Assembly: GCF_006345805.1 (NCBI RefSeq)
Contig: NC_043009.1
Location: forward strand, 67,890,001 to 67,954,000
Reading direction: 5' to 3'
DNA: 64,000 bases
Source of the DNA: Octopus sinensis
Taxonomy: Eukaryota
How positions within the stretch are numbered: position 1 is the first letter of the stretch; each line of letters opens with the position of its first letter. The notes beneath the pieces were generated by a model. That model did no database searches. It was not told the origin of the DNA and saw only the letters and a list, made by a program, of their open reading frames with translations. Positions 62,824-64,000 of the stretch are shown in pieces. Both the position numbers and the translations under genes were made by a program.

Positions 62824-63125
62824 ACATGGAAGCAATAGCAATATGACAATCTTGTATTTTCCTCTCTAATTTCGGCGAAGAAGGGAGCTCATGTGCATCA
62901 CTTGATCTACTGGGCGTAGCGACCAGACACCCATTCCAGCCCCATATCACAAGGAAACATATTCTGAAGTCTATACAGTGTTATATTATGTGTAATATAT
63001 CTAAAAATAAAACAAAACAAAAATTACACGATTAGCTCGAATTGCTTTAACTACATAATCCGCTGGATTAGTCTAATCTTCAGTTCGACAAAAGGAATTT
63101 CTTTTCGCGCGTTCGCTACATAACC

Positions 63126-63500
<375 letters not shown>

Positions 63501-64000
63501 TACTCGTCTGACCGTCGGGATCTACGCCTTCTGTGTGTTTGATTATCACTTTCTCCTCCATATGTTTTCATCTACTCAATTCCCTTCTTAATTACTTGCG
63601 GGAGATTTGACTGCGCATTTTAGCAGGTCGAACACAAGATGTAAAGATGTCTTTCTTCTGATGATGTTAGACTGCTTTCATAAAATTAGTTACAAGTTAA
63701 GACACAAGCCTCTTGCTCTAGTTACTCTTCCGTTGTTGTCGTAGTCATGGTCGATTCAGCTTTTCCCTTGCACTTTACGAAACGTGTAACAAGCCACCTA
63801 GAACTCATTTTGTTTTATTGAGGAGCCGAAGCCTAATTGTGACGTAATGAATGTCCAAGCAACAGTTTTGCCAATTTGGCAAACTTCAACATCCTAATAG
63901 TTTATCACACATTGCATTCTGGCACTGCTTTCAAGCAAATCTCCAAGATTCAATTAACTTGTTTCCTACCAATCAAAATATTTCCTCGCCTGTTGAGTTT

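Overview
AT-rich, microsatellite-saturated eukaryotic non-genic DNA with one 100-N gap (12901-13000). The SINE families, mariner, Penelope-like elements (PLEs) and (TA)n/(CA)n/(TATC)n/(TAA)n load resemble an octopod cephalopod genome; this is inferred from pattern recognition, not from a search. I could not identify a host protein-coding gene, and nearly all ORFs in the track are microsatellite or antisense artefacts. Recognisable content: about 30 tRNA-derived SINE copies in four families, a full-length but dead mariner, decayed RTE and Gypsy retroelements, three PLE coding relics, several R4/Dong-like RLE non-LTR fragments in (TAA)n tracts, and several MITE-like palindromes. The most notable signal is a set of minimal type-I hammerhead ribozyme (HHR) motifs in short PLE-like repeats. 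One is a 413-bp near-perfect palindrome (23647-24059) with an HHR on each strand, each preceded by its own antisense copy. All translations and folds were done by eye; boundaries of decayed elements are approximate.
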